Source: a virus. Taken from it: a stretch of 35,144 bases of DNA. The translations under genes were made by a program, and so were the position numbers. The notes under the pieces were generated by a model. It did not search any database, was not told the DNA's origin, and saw nothing but the letters and a program-made list of their open reading frames with translations. Position 1 is the stretch's first letter. Each line of letters starts with the position of its first letter. Positions 17,188 to 25,853 of this stretch are shown here, one piece after another. The stretch is taken from UHGV virus genome UHGV-0201127; one strand, written 5' to 3'.

Positions 17188-18459
17188 ATGTCAAGTTTAT
17201 TTGCTGATATCAAGACCCCGTTTGTGAACGAGGCAACTCTCAAAAGGATAATGTCTTCGAGAGTTAAAGAAAACATTTTTCAGAACATTTTTACCCGTCC
17301 GAACGAAGCGGTAACCGAGAAATTTTCGGAAGACACCGACGCGGCGGAAATTCAGGTTATCCGTGTTAAACCCGACGGCTCCGACGCTCGTGAAATCGGC
17401 GATGACCTTAACGGCAACTGGTTTAACGGAGAAAGCGCGTCTTACTCGACGACTGCCGCATACGGCATAAAGATACTTACGACTATCGACCGTAATATCG
17501 ATATCCCGACTAATCAGCAGGATATGATGAACGTCGACGTAGCCGAAGCCGAACTTGCCAACCTTGCGGGCAGAGTTAATCGTAACATTAACGCGATGAC
17601 TATCGCGGAACAGTTGCGTAAAAACTTCACCGACGTAGCGGCGGGTACGGTCGAAAAGAACTGGATAACGGTTACTAACGACGACTATCTCGGCGCGCTT
17701 ATCGAAGCGGGCGGTAAACTCGACGACGGTAACGCGGCAGAGGGCGTAGACGCTTACCCCGACGGCGCGAGAGCCGTAATCGTCAGAAGTTCGGTCAAGA
17801 CCGCGCTTTTGAAGAAAGGTCAGGTTATAATCGGCGGTTCGGACGCGGCGCAGAACATACTTCGTAAAGGCGGTCTTTCCGAAAACGACAGACCCGAAGT
17901 TGCTTCTACGGCATACGTCGGCGAAGTCGCTAATATGCCCGTATACGTTGCTTCGCAGGTCGTATGGACGCTCGCCGAAAGATATCTCGGTTTAACCCCG
18001 GGCAGACTTGACGGCGTACAAATGCTCGTCGTTTCCGCTGTCGGCACGCTCCGCGCGTTGGCGTTCAACTCCGCGATGAAGATAATCGATTCGCCCGACG
18101 GACAGGGCAGAAGACTTCAGCCGAAATATCGTATGGGTACTTCTTGTATCGACGCGCTTTCGGTTGTTCCCGTCGTAGACAGTTCGTTCGTCGCTCCGTC
18201 TAATATCACGATTAAGGCTCCCGCTTCGAGAGTTCAGACGGCTAACCCCGTAATCGCGGCTTCGGGTTCGGACGCGACTATAACTTGCGCTACCGCAGGC
18301 GCGACGATTTACTACACCACCGACGGTTCTACTCCGACGGAAAAATCGTCGACCGTTACGAGCGGCGGAAAGGTTTCCACCGTAACGGGCAAAACCGTTA
18401 AAGCGGTTGCTTTGGTAGCGGGCGGTCTCGCTTCGGCTATCGTAAGCAAAACGTTTTAA
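17188..18459 (+). CDS. major capsid protein with C-terminal Ig-like (FN3-associated/chitobiase-C) domain
   Basis: Position; DAYPDGARAVIV, VGEVANMPVY; C-terminal TITCATAGATIYYTTDGSTPT. Confidence 0.85.
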   Translation: MSSLFADIKTPFVNEATLKRIMSSRVKENIFQNIFTRPNEAVTEKFSEDTDAAEIQVIRVKPDGSDAREIGDDLNGNWFNGESASYSTTAAYGIKILTTIDRNIDIPTNQQDMMNVDVAEAELANLAGRVNRNINAMTIAEQLRKNFTDVAAGTVEKNWITVTNDDYLGALIEAGGKLDDGNAAEGVDAYPDGARAVIVRSSVKTALLKKGQVIIGGSDAAQNILRKGGLSENDRPEVASTAYVGEVANMPVYVASQVVWTLAERYLGLTPGRLDGVQMLVVSAVGTLRALAFNSAMKIIDSPDGQGRRLQPKYRMGTSCIDALSVVPVVDSSFVAPSNITIKAPASRVQTANPVIAASGSDATITCATAGATIYYTTDGSTPTEKSSTVTSGGKVSTVTGKTVKAVALVAGGLASAIVSKTF

Positions 18460-18472
18460 TTAACTCAATCAG

Positions 18473-18510
18473 AACGGGTAGGGCGGGGAAACTCGCCCTA
18501 TATCCGTTTT
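18473..18510 (+). terminator. terminator after capsid gene
   Basis: TAGGGCGGG-GAAA-CTCGCCCTA stem with extension and T-run. Confidence 0.7.
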
Positions 18511-18532
18511 ACTTTATTATCCGAGGTGAACG

Positions 18533-18985
18533 ATGAATAATTCCGATATGCCTTTAACCGACGAATATATGACCTACAACGAGAAAACGCACAGATATGT
18601 TTTAACGGTCAAATACGTTGAGGAAGTAGTCGGTATAGATATGATAGCAAGACTTAACGACGGCGATTATACGACGGCGCAAAACCTTGCGAATACGATA
18701 CTCGATATGATATCCGTCAAGATTTACGGGTACATACACGAATTTAACAGGTCGAATATACAAGACAAGATTATAGCGCGTTCGGCAGAAGCGCGGCGCG
18801 TGGTACAAGAAGCAATGCGTTATCAGGTAGTACATTATTTCCTTATAGGCGATATGGAAATCGACGACACGGCGAAATCTTGTCTTTTGCAGGATATACC
18901 CGAAATAGGGGCTACTATACTCTATCAAGGGAATTTAGAAAGGAGACTTTGGGATAGTGGATATTATAAATGCCTTAACGCCTAA
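18533..18985 (+). CDS. head-tail connector (gp15-like)
   Basis: Position after capsid, helical, 150 aa. Confidence 0.6.
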   Translation: MNNSDMPLTDEYMTYNEKTHRYVLTVKYVEEVVGIDMIARLNDGDYTTAQNLANTILDMISVKIYGYIHEFNRSNIQDKIIARSAEARRVVQEAMRYQVVHYFLIGDMEIDDTAKSCLLQDIPEIGATILYQGNLERRLWDSGYYKCLNA

Positions 18986-19367
18986 AAACGATATGTACTT
19001 GCAGGGGAGTTATTACGAAGACTTGCCCAACGAGTACAACATACCCGACGGCGACGCGGTAGACCAAAACAACGCCGTAGGCGGTATCCCGTTCAAATAC
19101 AACACGATAGACGAGCGGGCAGTTACGCATACGACGCTTGAAGAGATAGAGTACAACGGAAGCCGATTGACGATAGAAACGCGCGCTAAAATCGGTTTCA
19201 AGGTTTCTAAACACGTCGTAACGCAGGACGGCAGGCTTTGGAGCATAGAGAGCATACGCGAGAAGACGGGCAAGAAAGAAACGTTGAGATTTCAAAAGGT
19301 CGCGCCCGATACGAAGTACGTTCTCGCAATGCTCGAAGTTTCCAACCCGTGGGGGTTAGATGACTGA
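18957..19367 (+). CDS. head closure protein (gp16-like)
   Basis: GTG start; LTIET...FK....V...GRLWSIESI beta pattern. Confidence 0.6.
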   Translation: MDIINALTPKNDMYLQGSYYEDLPNEYNIPDGDAVDQNNAVGGIPFKYNTIDERAVTHTTLEEIEYNGSRLTIETRAKIGFKVSKHVVTQDGRLWSIESIREKTGKKETLRFQKVAPDTKYVLAMLEVSNPWGLDD

Positions 19368-19665
19368 AAGACGGTTTCGGCAGATATGCGCGCGGGCAGT
19401 CAAACAGTTGCAGAAACGCGCCCCGAAAGACACGGGCAACCTTGCTTATAACGCTATCAAATACGAGTTTATAGGCAACACCTGCAAGATATACGTAGAC
19501 GAAGCAATCGCGCCGTATATGCCGTACACTAACGAGCCGTGGATATCCCCGAAGTGGCGCGGCAAAAAGAACCCCAACGAGAAGTGGTTCGACGACGCGG
19601 TATCTTTTTTAGTCGAGTATATAACGAAAGCGGCTAACGCCAAAAGGAGAAAACGCAAAAAATGA
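19360..19665 (+). CDS. HK97 gp10-like tail completion protein
   Basis: APKDTGNL motif, PYMPY.NE. Confidence 0.75.
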   Translation: MTERRFRQICARAVKQLQKRAPKDTGNLAYNAIKYEFIGNTCKIYVDEAIAPYMPYTNEPWISPKWRGKKNPNEKWFDDAVSFLVEYITKAANAKRRKRKK

Positions 19666-20561
19666 TTAGTATAAATCAATTAACTAAAAGAATAAACGAC
19701 GAACTTAACACTCTTCTCATCGCGAATAACGGGCGTACTAAATATGTTTTTCGTATCGTATCGGAAACGGCGAAGTATAAGAACCCGACGAGGCTTGCAA
19801 ACACCGTTACACGCTACATACACGGCGTATTAAGCCAAATAAACAGCACGGTCGGCGACACGGCTACGAAGAGCAAATACGGGGTCGTAAACGCCCGTTT
19901 AGTCATTCTCGTGCCGATTACGCGCGACGAGAAAGGCGACGAAGTAAGTCCGCAATTAGTCGCGCAGGTAAGGGCGTTGCTCGATAAGTGGAGCGACGTT
20001 AATCAGGTGTTCGCGATGAACGACGAAAGCGGTATTTCGTACGTAGTAAGTAACGAGGGCTTCTCTTTCTCTTCGGGCGAAAGACAGATGAACTCGCTCT
20101 TCGGCGAAACGTTCTCGCTCACCGCTTATATCAATTTCAATATGGTACAGGCGGGGCTGAACTCCCGTAGCATATCCTTTACGCTCGACGGCAAAGAAAT
20201 ACCTTTGCAAGATTGGACTACTTACCGCGGTACGACAATGGAAGGAGCGCAGAAGTCCAACGGCGCGGGTAATTTGCAGATTGCGAAAAACATAGCGCAG
20301 TTTAGCCAAATAAATATAAAATTCAATATGCCCGCAGGAACGGACGACGTTTCGGCAATGTTCTTCGATTATCTCCACAACGGGAATAACCCCGAAAGAA
20401 CGCTCGTAAAAACGCAGACCAACGCCGACGGCACGAAAACGGTTTTGTCGACGCTTAAAGTCATTATCGCCGACGTTACGGAAACGGGCGCGGATATAAA
20501 GAACGTCGCGCTTTCGGTAACGCTCGCCGAGAATTACTCGCTCGATTCCGTAAGCGGGTAA
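19662..20561 (+). CDS. tail protein (possible terminator + tube/Dit fusion)
   Basis: Position; two beta-rich halves. Confidence 0.55.
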   Translation: MISINQLTKRINDELNTLLIANNGRTKYVFRIVSETAKYKNPTRLANTVTRYIHGVLSQINSTVGDTATKSKYGVVNARLVILVPITRDEKGDEVSPQLVAQVRALLDKWSDVNQVFAMNDESGISYVVSNEGFSFSSGERQMNSLFGETFSLTAYINFNMVQAGLNSRSISFTLDGKEIPLQDWTTYRGTTMEGAQKSNGAGNLQIAKNIAQFSQINIKFNMPAGTDDVSAMFFDYLHNGNNPERTLVKTQTNADGTKTVLSTLKVIIADVTETGADIKNVALSVTLAENYSLDSVSG

Positions 20562-20571
20562 AGGGGGCGTT

Positions 20572-21051
20572 ATGGCAACTTATGAAATTATTATAAAGAA
20601 CGAAACCGCGCAAGCCGCCGATAGTCCTATCGCGAACGACCAGAACGACAACACTTCCGATAACGATAAGGACAAAGAGAAAAAGGCGAAAAAGGTCATT
20701 TCGGGCGCAATGCTCTACCGTACGGGCAAGGCTCTCGTGCGTAGTCAGATAGGACACGAGATAAGCACGATAGAGTTGAGAACGGGTCAAAGCGAACTTC
20801 AACAACGCTATCAGTTCGCAAATCAGATTGCCGAATCGGTTTTCGACGTGGGCGAGAGTATTGCGGTCGGCGCGTCCGTAGGCGGCGGTTGGGGCGCGGT
20901 CATCGGCGCGGTTATAGGTGTCGGCTCGAAGTTGGTGAGTTTGGCGCATAAACAAGACACTTATAATCTTAACAGACAACTTGAACAAGAAACGCTCCGC
21001 CGTAACAATTTGCGCGCGGGCGTAACGGGCAGCAGGAGGGAGTTTCAGTGA
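20572..21051 (+). CDS. miniature tape-measure-like protein
   Basis: 159 aa; MATYEIII start, helical body, Gly-rich hydrophobic GASVGGGWGAVIGAVIGVG. Confidence 0.5.
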   Translation: MATYEIIIKNETAQAADSPIANDQNDNTSDNDKDKEKKAKKVISGAMLYRTGKALVRSQIGHEISTIELRTGQSELQQRYQFANQIAESVFDVGESIAVGASVGGGWGAVIGAVIGVGSKLVSLAHKQDTYNLNRQLEQETLRRNNLRAGVTGSRREFQ

Positions 21052-21428
21052 ACAGCGTAGAGATAAGAATCGGCTCTCAAAGCGGCAAAATACTCGCTAA
21101 TACGGTGTTTCCGTATTCGTTCGGGAATTTGCTCGATGAGAGCCTTGACGAGGCGAATTTGAGCGTTGTATTGTCTGCCAAAGATAAATTGGCAATGCAA
21201 ACGAAACTTACGGCAATCGTTACGAACGACGCGAAAACTTATATAAGAAATTACGTCGTGGCGAGCGATTCGGTAGAAGAAAAGCCGCTCGGAAGCGGCA
21301 AGTACGAGCATTCGCTTTATTTGCTCGAAGAAACGAAGTTATTAGAAAGCGTAACTTGCGGCGAGTTGGCATTTACCAATACGAAAGCGCAAGCGTTTGC
21401 CGACGATACTTTTGTCGTTGTGGAATAA
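21048..21428 (+). CDS. baseplate/tail-tip protein, N-terminal module
   Basis: GTG overlap with upstream TGA; LLDESLDEA..YEHSLYLLEETKLLE..LAFTN. Confidence 0.65.
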   Translation: MNSVEIRIGSQSGKILANTVFPYSFGNLLDESLDEANLSVVLSAKDKLAMQTKLTAIVTNDAKTYIRNYVVASDSVEEKPLGSGKYEHSLYLLEETKLLESVTCGELAFTNTKAQAFADDTFVVVE

Positions 21429-21447
21429 AAAAAGAGGCAATAAAAGA

Positions 21448-21476
21448 TTGCCTTTTCAAAAAGAATATGATAATAT
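21448..21476 (+). promoter_or_regulatory. promoter of type I toxin mRNA
   Basis: TTGCCT-17-TAATAT with extended TG. Confidence 0.65.
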
Positions 21477-21538
21477 AGTACGCGGTGCAGGGGCGACCTG
21501 CGGCGGTTAGCACTTCCTATAAAGGAGGTGATAGTCAA

Positions 21539-21616
21539 ATGGACTTAATTTCTTTGGTCTGTCTTTTACTTATTTATTACATAATAAAAGAGTTTAACGA
21601 TAACAAAAAGAAATAA
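21539..21616 (+). CDS. type I toxin peptide (holin-like), 25 aa
   Basis: MDLISLVCLLLIYYIIKEFNDNKKK; SD AAGGAGGTG sequestered by CACTTCCT; single TM helix plus basic tail. Confidence 0.8.
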   Translation: MDLISLVCLLLIYYIIKEFNDNKKK

Positions 21617-21700
21617 CCGCCCCCGAAGCCTGTGGGCAGTTATTTCTTTTGAAATAAAACACACATTAGGCTAACCGCCTGACCGGTTTCGCCCTCTGCG
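21605..21700 (-). ncRNA. antisense antitoxin RNA (~95 nt)
   Basis: Minus-strand TTGACA (21734-21729)-17-TAAAAT (21711-21706); ends at bidirectional hairpin ~21606-21650. Confidence 0.7.
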
Positions 21701-21792
21701 CTACCATTTTACTATATAATATTCCGATTGTCAAGACTTTTTGACAATCTTTTTTATTTTTTAGCCGTAGGTAATCTCCTGCGGCTTTCTTA

Positions 21793-21821
21793 TTGACAAA
21801 ATTAAATTCAGAGGTTATAAT
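21793..21821 (+). promoter_or_regulatory. consensus sigma-A promoter overlapping SD, 1 nt before ATG 21823
   Basis: TTGACA-17-TATAAT with GAGGT in the spacer. Confidence 0.85.
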
Positions 21822-21822
21822 A

Positions 21823-22158
21823 ATGGCAGACTTCGACGAAAGCAAACACCCGCGCGACGACGACGGCAAATTCACCGACAAGGGCGGCGGGTACAGGCAG
21901 AACGCGAGTTATTCCGAGATACTCGGCAAAGATATACAACTTACAAAGCAGGAATACGCGCGTTATTACGAAAAGGTGGGGCAGATAAAAGCGGGGTTGC
22001 TTAATGCAAAAGTTGCAAACAACGGGCAACGAATGATTATTCTCGATAACAAAGTGATTTTCGACAATAATCAATTTATCAACCCACGAATAAAATACGT
22101 GATAGAGTTTGAAACGGAAGAAGATTTATATTCTTTCATTTCCGATAGGAGTAAATAA
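21823..22158 (+). CDS. putative virion-packaged effector with N-terminal FDESKHPRDDDGKF motif
   Basis: 111 aa; MADFDESKHPRDDDGKFTDKGGGYRQNASY. Confidence 0.75.
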   Translation: MADFDESKHPRDDDGKFTDKGGGYRQNASYSEILGKDIQLTKQEYARYYEKVGQIKAGLLNAKVANNGQRMIILDNKVIFDNNQFINPRIKYVIEFETEEDLYSFISDRSK

Positions 22159-22379
22159 TGTATCGTGGCGAAATTGTTAAAAAGGCAAGACCTTTGATAG
22201 ATAAATTTAATGAAAAAGGTTACAGCGATGACGCATATAAGATTATGGGTTTTCTCGCTTTCGGTACTTATAACGACGGTAACGAAGAAAAAACTATCGA
22301 GAAATTTATAGAACTTCTCGACACCACTTCAAACGAAGACGATTTTTTACTTGAAGCAACAAAATATTTAGGTTTTTAA
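22158..22379 (+). CDS. small acidic immunity-like protein
   Basis: 73 aa; TAATG overlap; own SD aggag. Confidence 0.7.
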   Translation: MYRGEIVKKARPLIDKFNEKGYSDDAYKIMGFLAFGTYNDGNEEKTIEKFIELLDTTSNEDDFLLEATKYLGF

Positions 22380-22388
22380 GGGGAAGTT

Positions 22389-22796
22389 ATGAAAAAGAAA
22401 GTTATTTGCATAGTTTTATACGGTTTGCTCGCGGCGGCGTGCTGCGTGTTTCTCGTCTTTGCGATAAGAAGTATGTATACAACTCATTTATCGTTAAAGC
22501 AATTTAAGGCTATTTTTTCGTCATATGACAATGACTATAAGTTTTACCATAAGTCTTACATTAAATCGTTAGTTTATAATTTTTTCTTGTGCATAACTCT
22601 TATTTTAGTAATATCCACTTTGATATGGCAAATAATTATCCGTTGTGCAAACCTTGATTTTTCCGTTCGCGAAACGCTTGAAAAAATAAAGAAAAAAAGA
22701 GCAGACCGAAAAGAAAAATCTTTAATAAAGAAGTTTGAAAGAACTCAAAAAAAGTACAAAGAATTAGAAGAAGAAATAAACAGAAAAGGCGCGTAA
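22389..22796 (+). CDS. AT-rich two-TM membrane protein (moron)
   Basis: Two hydrophobic helices, basic coiled-coil C-terminus, low GC. Confidence 0.75.
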   Translation: MKKKVICIVLYGLLAAACCVFLVFAIRSMYTTHLSLKQFKAIFSSYDNDYKFYHKSYIKSLVYNFFLCITLILVISTLIWQIIIRCANLDFSVRETLEKIKKKRADRKEKSLIKKFERTQKKYKELEEEINRKGA

Positions 22797-22860
22797 GCGT
22801 CTTTTTTATTAAGAAAAATTAAAAAGGAGATAGACAGTCGAAAGGCTGTCTTTTTTATTT
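22784..22860 (+). terminator. two tandem terminator-like hairpins
   Basis: AAAAGGCGC-GTAA-GCGTCTTTT and AGACAGTC-GAAA-GGCTGTCT, each with a T-run. Confidence 0.75.
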
Positions 22861-25830
22861 ATGGCTTTATACACTTACGTTACAGGGACGAAATATTTGA
22901 TAAAATCTGGGGCTATAAAGGGCGATACAACAGAAAACAATTATCAAAGCACATTTTTCCCTTCTACTTTGAAAGCAAATACCTTATTACAATTGCCTAC
23001 TTGGCAAGAAATTGCGGAAAAAGACAAAATTCCATTGCATAAAAATCTGGGTGATACAGTCGAGGGGACTGTTGCTATTACAGTCAATGGGAGTTCAATA
23101 ACTGTCCCGTCTAATTTACGAATAAAATTTGCCCCTTCTTCTGTAATCGTTACTTATACCATAACCAACGCATACAGTCTATTAAGCGATTCGTACACAG
23201 CCACGTATACTTTGCATTATTCATTCGCGGCAGTCGAAAATCATTTGCCGCTTGCCCCTTACTCCATAACGGACTGCATAACTCGGTGCTTAGAACTCGC
23301 CGAGCCGCTCCAAAAGGGCGAAATTCCGCGGTTCAGATTCGAGGGCGTAACTTACGACGCAAGCACGGGCGAGCGAAATTCAACGTATACGGCGGGTTCA
23401 CAGGCGGAGCGGTACGACAAGGTACTTGCGCCGCCTTTTACTATGACGCAATGTACGTTAAGGGAGCAATTAAAGATTATAGGCGGCTTTATACACGCCG
23501 AGCCGAGATTGACCGACGACGTGATTACTTTCGAGCCGTTCTGCGGCAATGAATTAGCCGAGGTAACTTTGACGGACGGCACGAAGATACCGCTTAATCA
23601 ATACCCGTACGCGATACGCAAAAAATCGCAGAATATAAACGAGTATTGCACGAGCGTAGATACCCGCGCCGAAAACCTCGTAAATTCAATAGATAAACGA
23701 AAGGGCAGTATAATAGACCCCGACGGCGAAAACTACAAATCGCTACGGTCGGAAATTATAAACGCCCGAATCGCGGAAAACAACGGCGAAGTGGTTACGG
23801 CTTACCCGATATACGAGATAGAAAAGGTAATGTGCGGAATCGCCAAACGAAACCCCCAAAACGCGAGCGACTATTGGCAATTATCCCCCGTAGACATAAC
23901 CGATTATATCGTGGAAGAAACGGCGTACAGGGCGAATTTGTCATCGTATAGCGGCTCGTTCCCGTACTCGAAAGCGTTTGCTCTTTACTATACGCAAGGC
24001 TCGCCGAATATCAAAGGCTTATTCTTCAAAGCCCCGTCGGTTATCAATAATGCGTTTAAGGACTATTCAATAGTTAATATTCTTAAACAAGTTACGGGCG
24101 CGTCGTCGCTAAACACCACTTACGCGCTTTATTCTTTCCAAGTAACCTATAAACCCATATATAACGCTCGTTTCGTACATTCGAAGCCGTACGTAGACCC
24201 CGACGAAAGCGAAAGGACGCTCTTTTACAATCAGTCTGAAAACCTTATCGAAACGTCGTATTACGGCGAAAACGTAAAGGGCGCGGTTGCAAGGCTCGGA
24301 AACGCCGAACAGTCTTTGACGTACTACTTCAAGGATATAGACAATATCCCCAAAGCGGGGCAATTGTTCGACAACGACAACTACATTTCGGCGGTTATGG
24401 TTCAGGTTATGCCGAGTTACTTAAAATGCACGGTAACGCTTTCAAAGGACTTTAACAGGCTATCGGAGTATATAGGCGTTAAGTCGCTCAAATACCTTTA
24501 CGAGGTCAACGAACGCGCCGCCTACGACAGGACGATACTTCTTAAAGAGTATATAGAAGTCGGCGAGGATACGGGCAGAAGATTCTTGAAAGAAACGAAG
24601 AGAATACAGGAAATAAGAGTAACGAAAGATAAGACGACGACGTATAGAGGTATGGCGTGTTACACCGTTACTCAAACGTTCGATTTCGATATCGGCACGA
24701 TAGCAATTGTTACTCCGCTGCCTAACGACCCCGATTACAAAGACCAACAAGGCGCATTTTTCGTCGTCGGCGGGTATATCTCGCGGTATAAATATACTGT
24801 AACCGTTTATTATCCCGTGTCGGCGTTCCCGACGGGCGAGGAATACGTAGATGTGCGCGCTTCGGTAGTCGTCAATTATTGGTCTTTCGTAGACGCTGAT
24901 TCGGTTATCGGCGAAAAGTTTATAGACAACTTATTGCAGAGTTTCATAAAATCGGAAGAGTTCACTAAACCGATTACGGGAGTTATAGCGCAGGCGAAAA
25001 CGAAGAACGATAACGTCGTGGGTAAGAAAATCGCTTTACCCGTTATTGCTTCGTCGTTCGGTAACGTTATGACTTTCTCGTGGACGTATAAAGACAACTA
25101 CTCGGCGGGCGAACAATCGGCTTACGTTTCGAGTAAGAATATAGAGGGATATTGGGCGCAGGACGTGCCGTACAAAGATTATTTCGGACGGTTCGATTAT
25201 TACGAATTTTCGCTTACGCCCGGTGTTGAGTACGAAACGGACAATAATTATCAACCCGCGTTAGATTTCCCCGAAGTCAAAGGCAAAACGAAAGCCGTGT
25301 ACGTATTAGGCACGAACGCGAACGGGTATAATTTGCAATACCTTATACGCGCAGACAGTCGCGAAACGCTGAATTTCAATCTTCAAGTCGAGTTCAGAAC
25401 AAACCGACAAGACCTCATTATAGGTTCGGCTTTGGCAAGTTTCAACCCGCTCGTAACGGGCGCTTATTCCGATTTATACCCGTTAAAGTGGTACTTCTTT
25501 ACGGAGCGGTTAAACAAGTTCGTTTCGCACGCCGAAAGTCAGGCGGGGATAGACCTTGCTACGGCTACGTCGGTAAATATAACGGTTTACGCAAACTCCG
25601 TTCGCCCCGTTTCGATACCTACGCCGCCGAGCGGTAAAAAGTGGGCTTCGTGGGCGATTATAACGAATCAAACTCAACAGAGTATGACGGTCGAAGACAG
25701 CGACGGAAACGTTAAAACGATTTATAAAACGGTCGGCGGAGATATAATGCTCGCAAGCAACGTCGTTGCCGATAACGCAACGCCCGAAAGTATAGCGGTA
25801 TACTTTGCAGGCAAACACAAATTAAAATAA
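22861..25830 (+). CDS. large tail-tip/baseplate protein
   Basis: 989 aa, beta-rich; TLREQLKIIGGFIHAEPRL hub-like segment; tail module position. Confidence 0.75.
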   Translation: MALYTYVTGTKYLIKSGAIKGDTTENNYQSTFFPSTLKANTLLQLPTWQEIAEKDKIPLHKNLGDTVEGTVAITVNGSSITVPSNLRIKFAPSSVIVTYTITNAYSLLSDSYTATYTLHYSFAAVENHLPLAPYSITDCITRCLELAEPLQKGEIPRFRFEGVTYDASTGERNSTYTAGSQAERYDKVLAPPFTMTQCTLREQLKIIGGFIHAEPRLTDDVITFEPFCGNELAEVTLTDGTKIPLNQYPYAIRKKSQNINEYCTSVDTRAENLVNSIDKRKGSIIDPDGENYKSLRSEIINARIAENNGEVVTAYPIYEIEKVMCGIAKRNPQNASDYWQLSPVDITDYIVEETAYRANLSSYSGSFPYSKAFALYYTQGSPNIKGLFFKAPSVINNAFKDYSIVNILKQVTGASSLNTTYALYSFQVTYKPIYNARFVHSKPYVDPDESERTLFYNQSENLIETSYYGENVKGAVARLGNAEQSLTYYFKDIDNIPKAGQLFDNDNYISAVMVQVMPSYLKCTVTLSKDFNRLSEYIGVKSLKYLYEVNERAAYDRTILLKEYIEVGEDTGRRFLKETKRIQEIRVTKDKTTTYRGMACYTVTQTFDFDIGTIAIVTPLPNDPDYKDQQGAFFVVGGYISRYKYTVTVYYPVSAFPTGEEYVDVRASVVVNYWSFVDADSVIGEKFIDNLLQSFIKSEEFTKPITGVIAQAKTKNDNVVGKKIALPVIASSFGNVMTFSWTYKDNYSAGEQSAYVSSKNIEGYWAQDVPYKDYFGRFDYYEFSLTPGVEYETDNNYQPALDFPEVKGKTKAVYVLGTNANGYNLQYLIRADSRETLNFNLQVEFRTNRQDLIIGSALASFNPLVTGAYSDLYPLKWYFFTERLNKFVSHAESQAGIDLATATSVNITVYANSVRPVSIPTPPSGKKWASWAIITNQTQQSMTVEDSDGNVKTIYKTVGGDIMLASNVVADNATPESIAVYFAGKHKLK

Positions 25831-25853
25831 GTACGAGGAGGTATTTATAAAAA

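Noticed and set aside
21429..22860. Self-splicing intron or IS element
   Set aside because: No group I/II core, homing endonuclease, transposase or terminal repeats; contains independent promoters and terminators.
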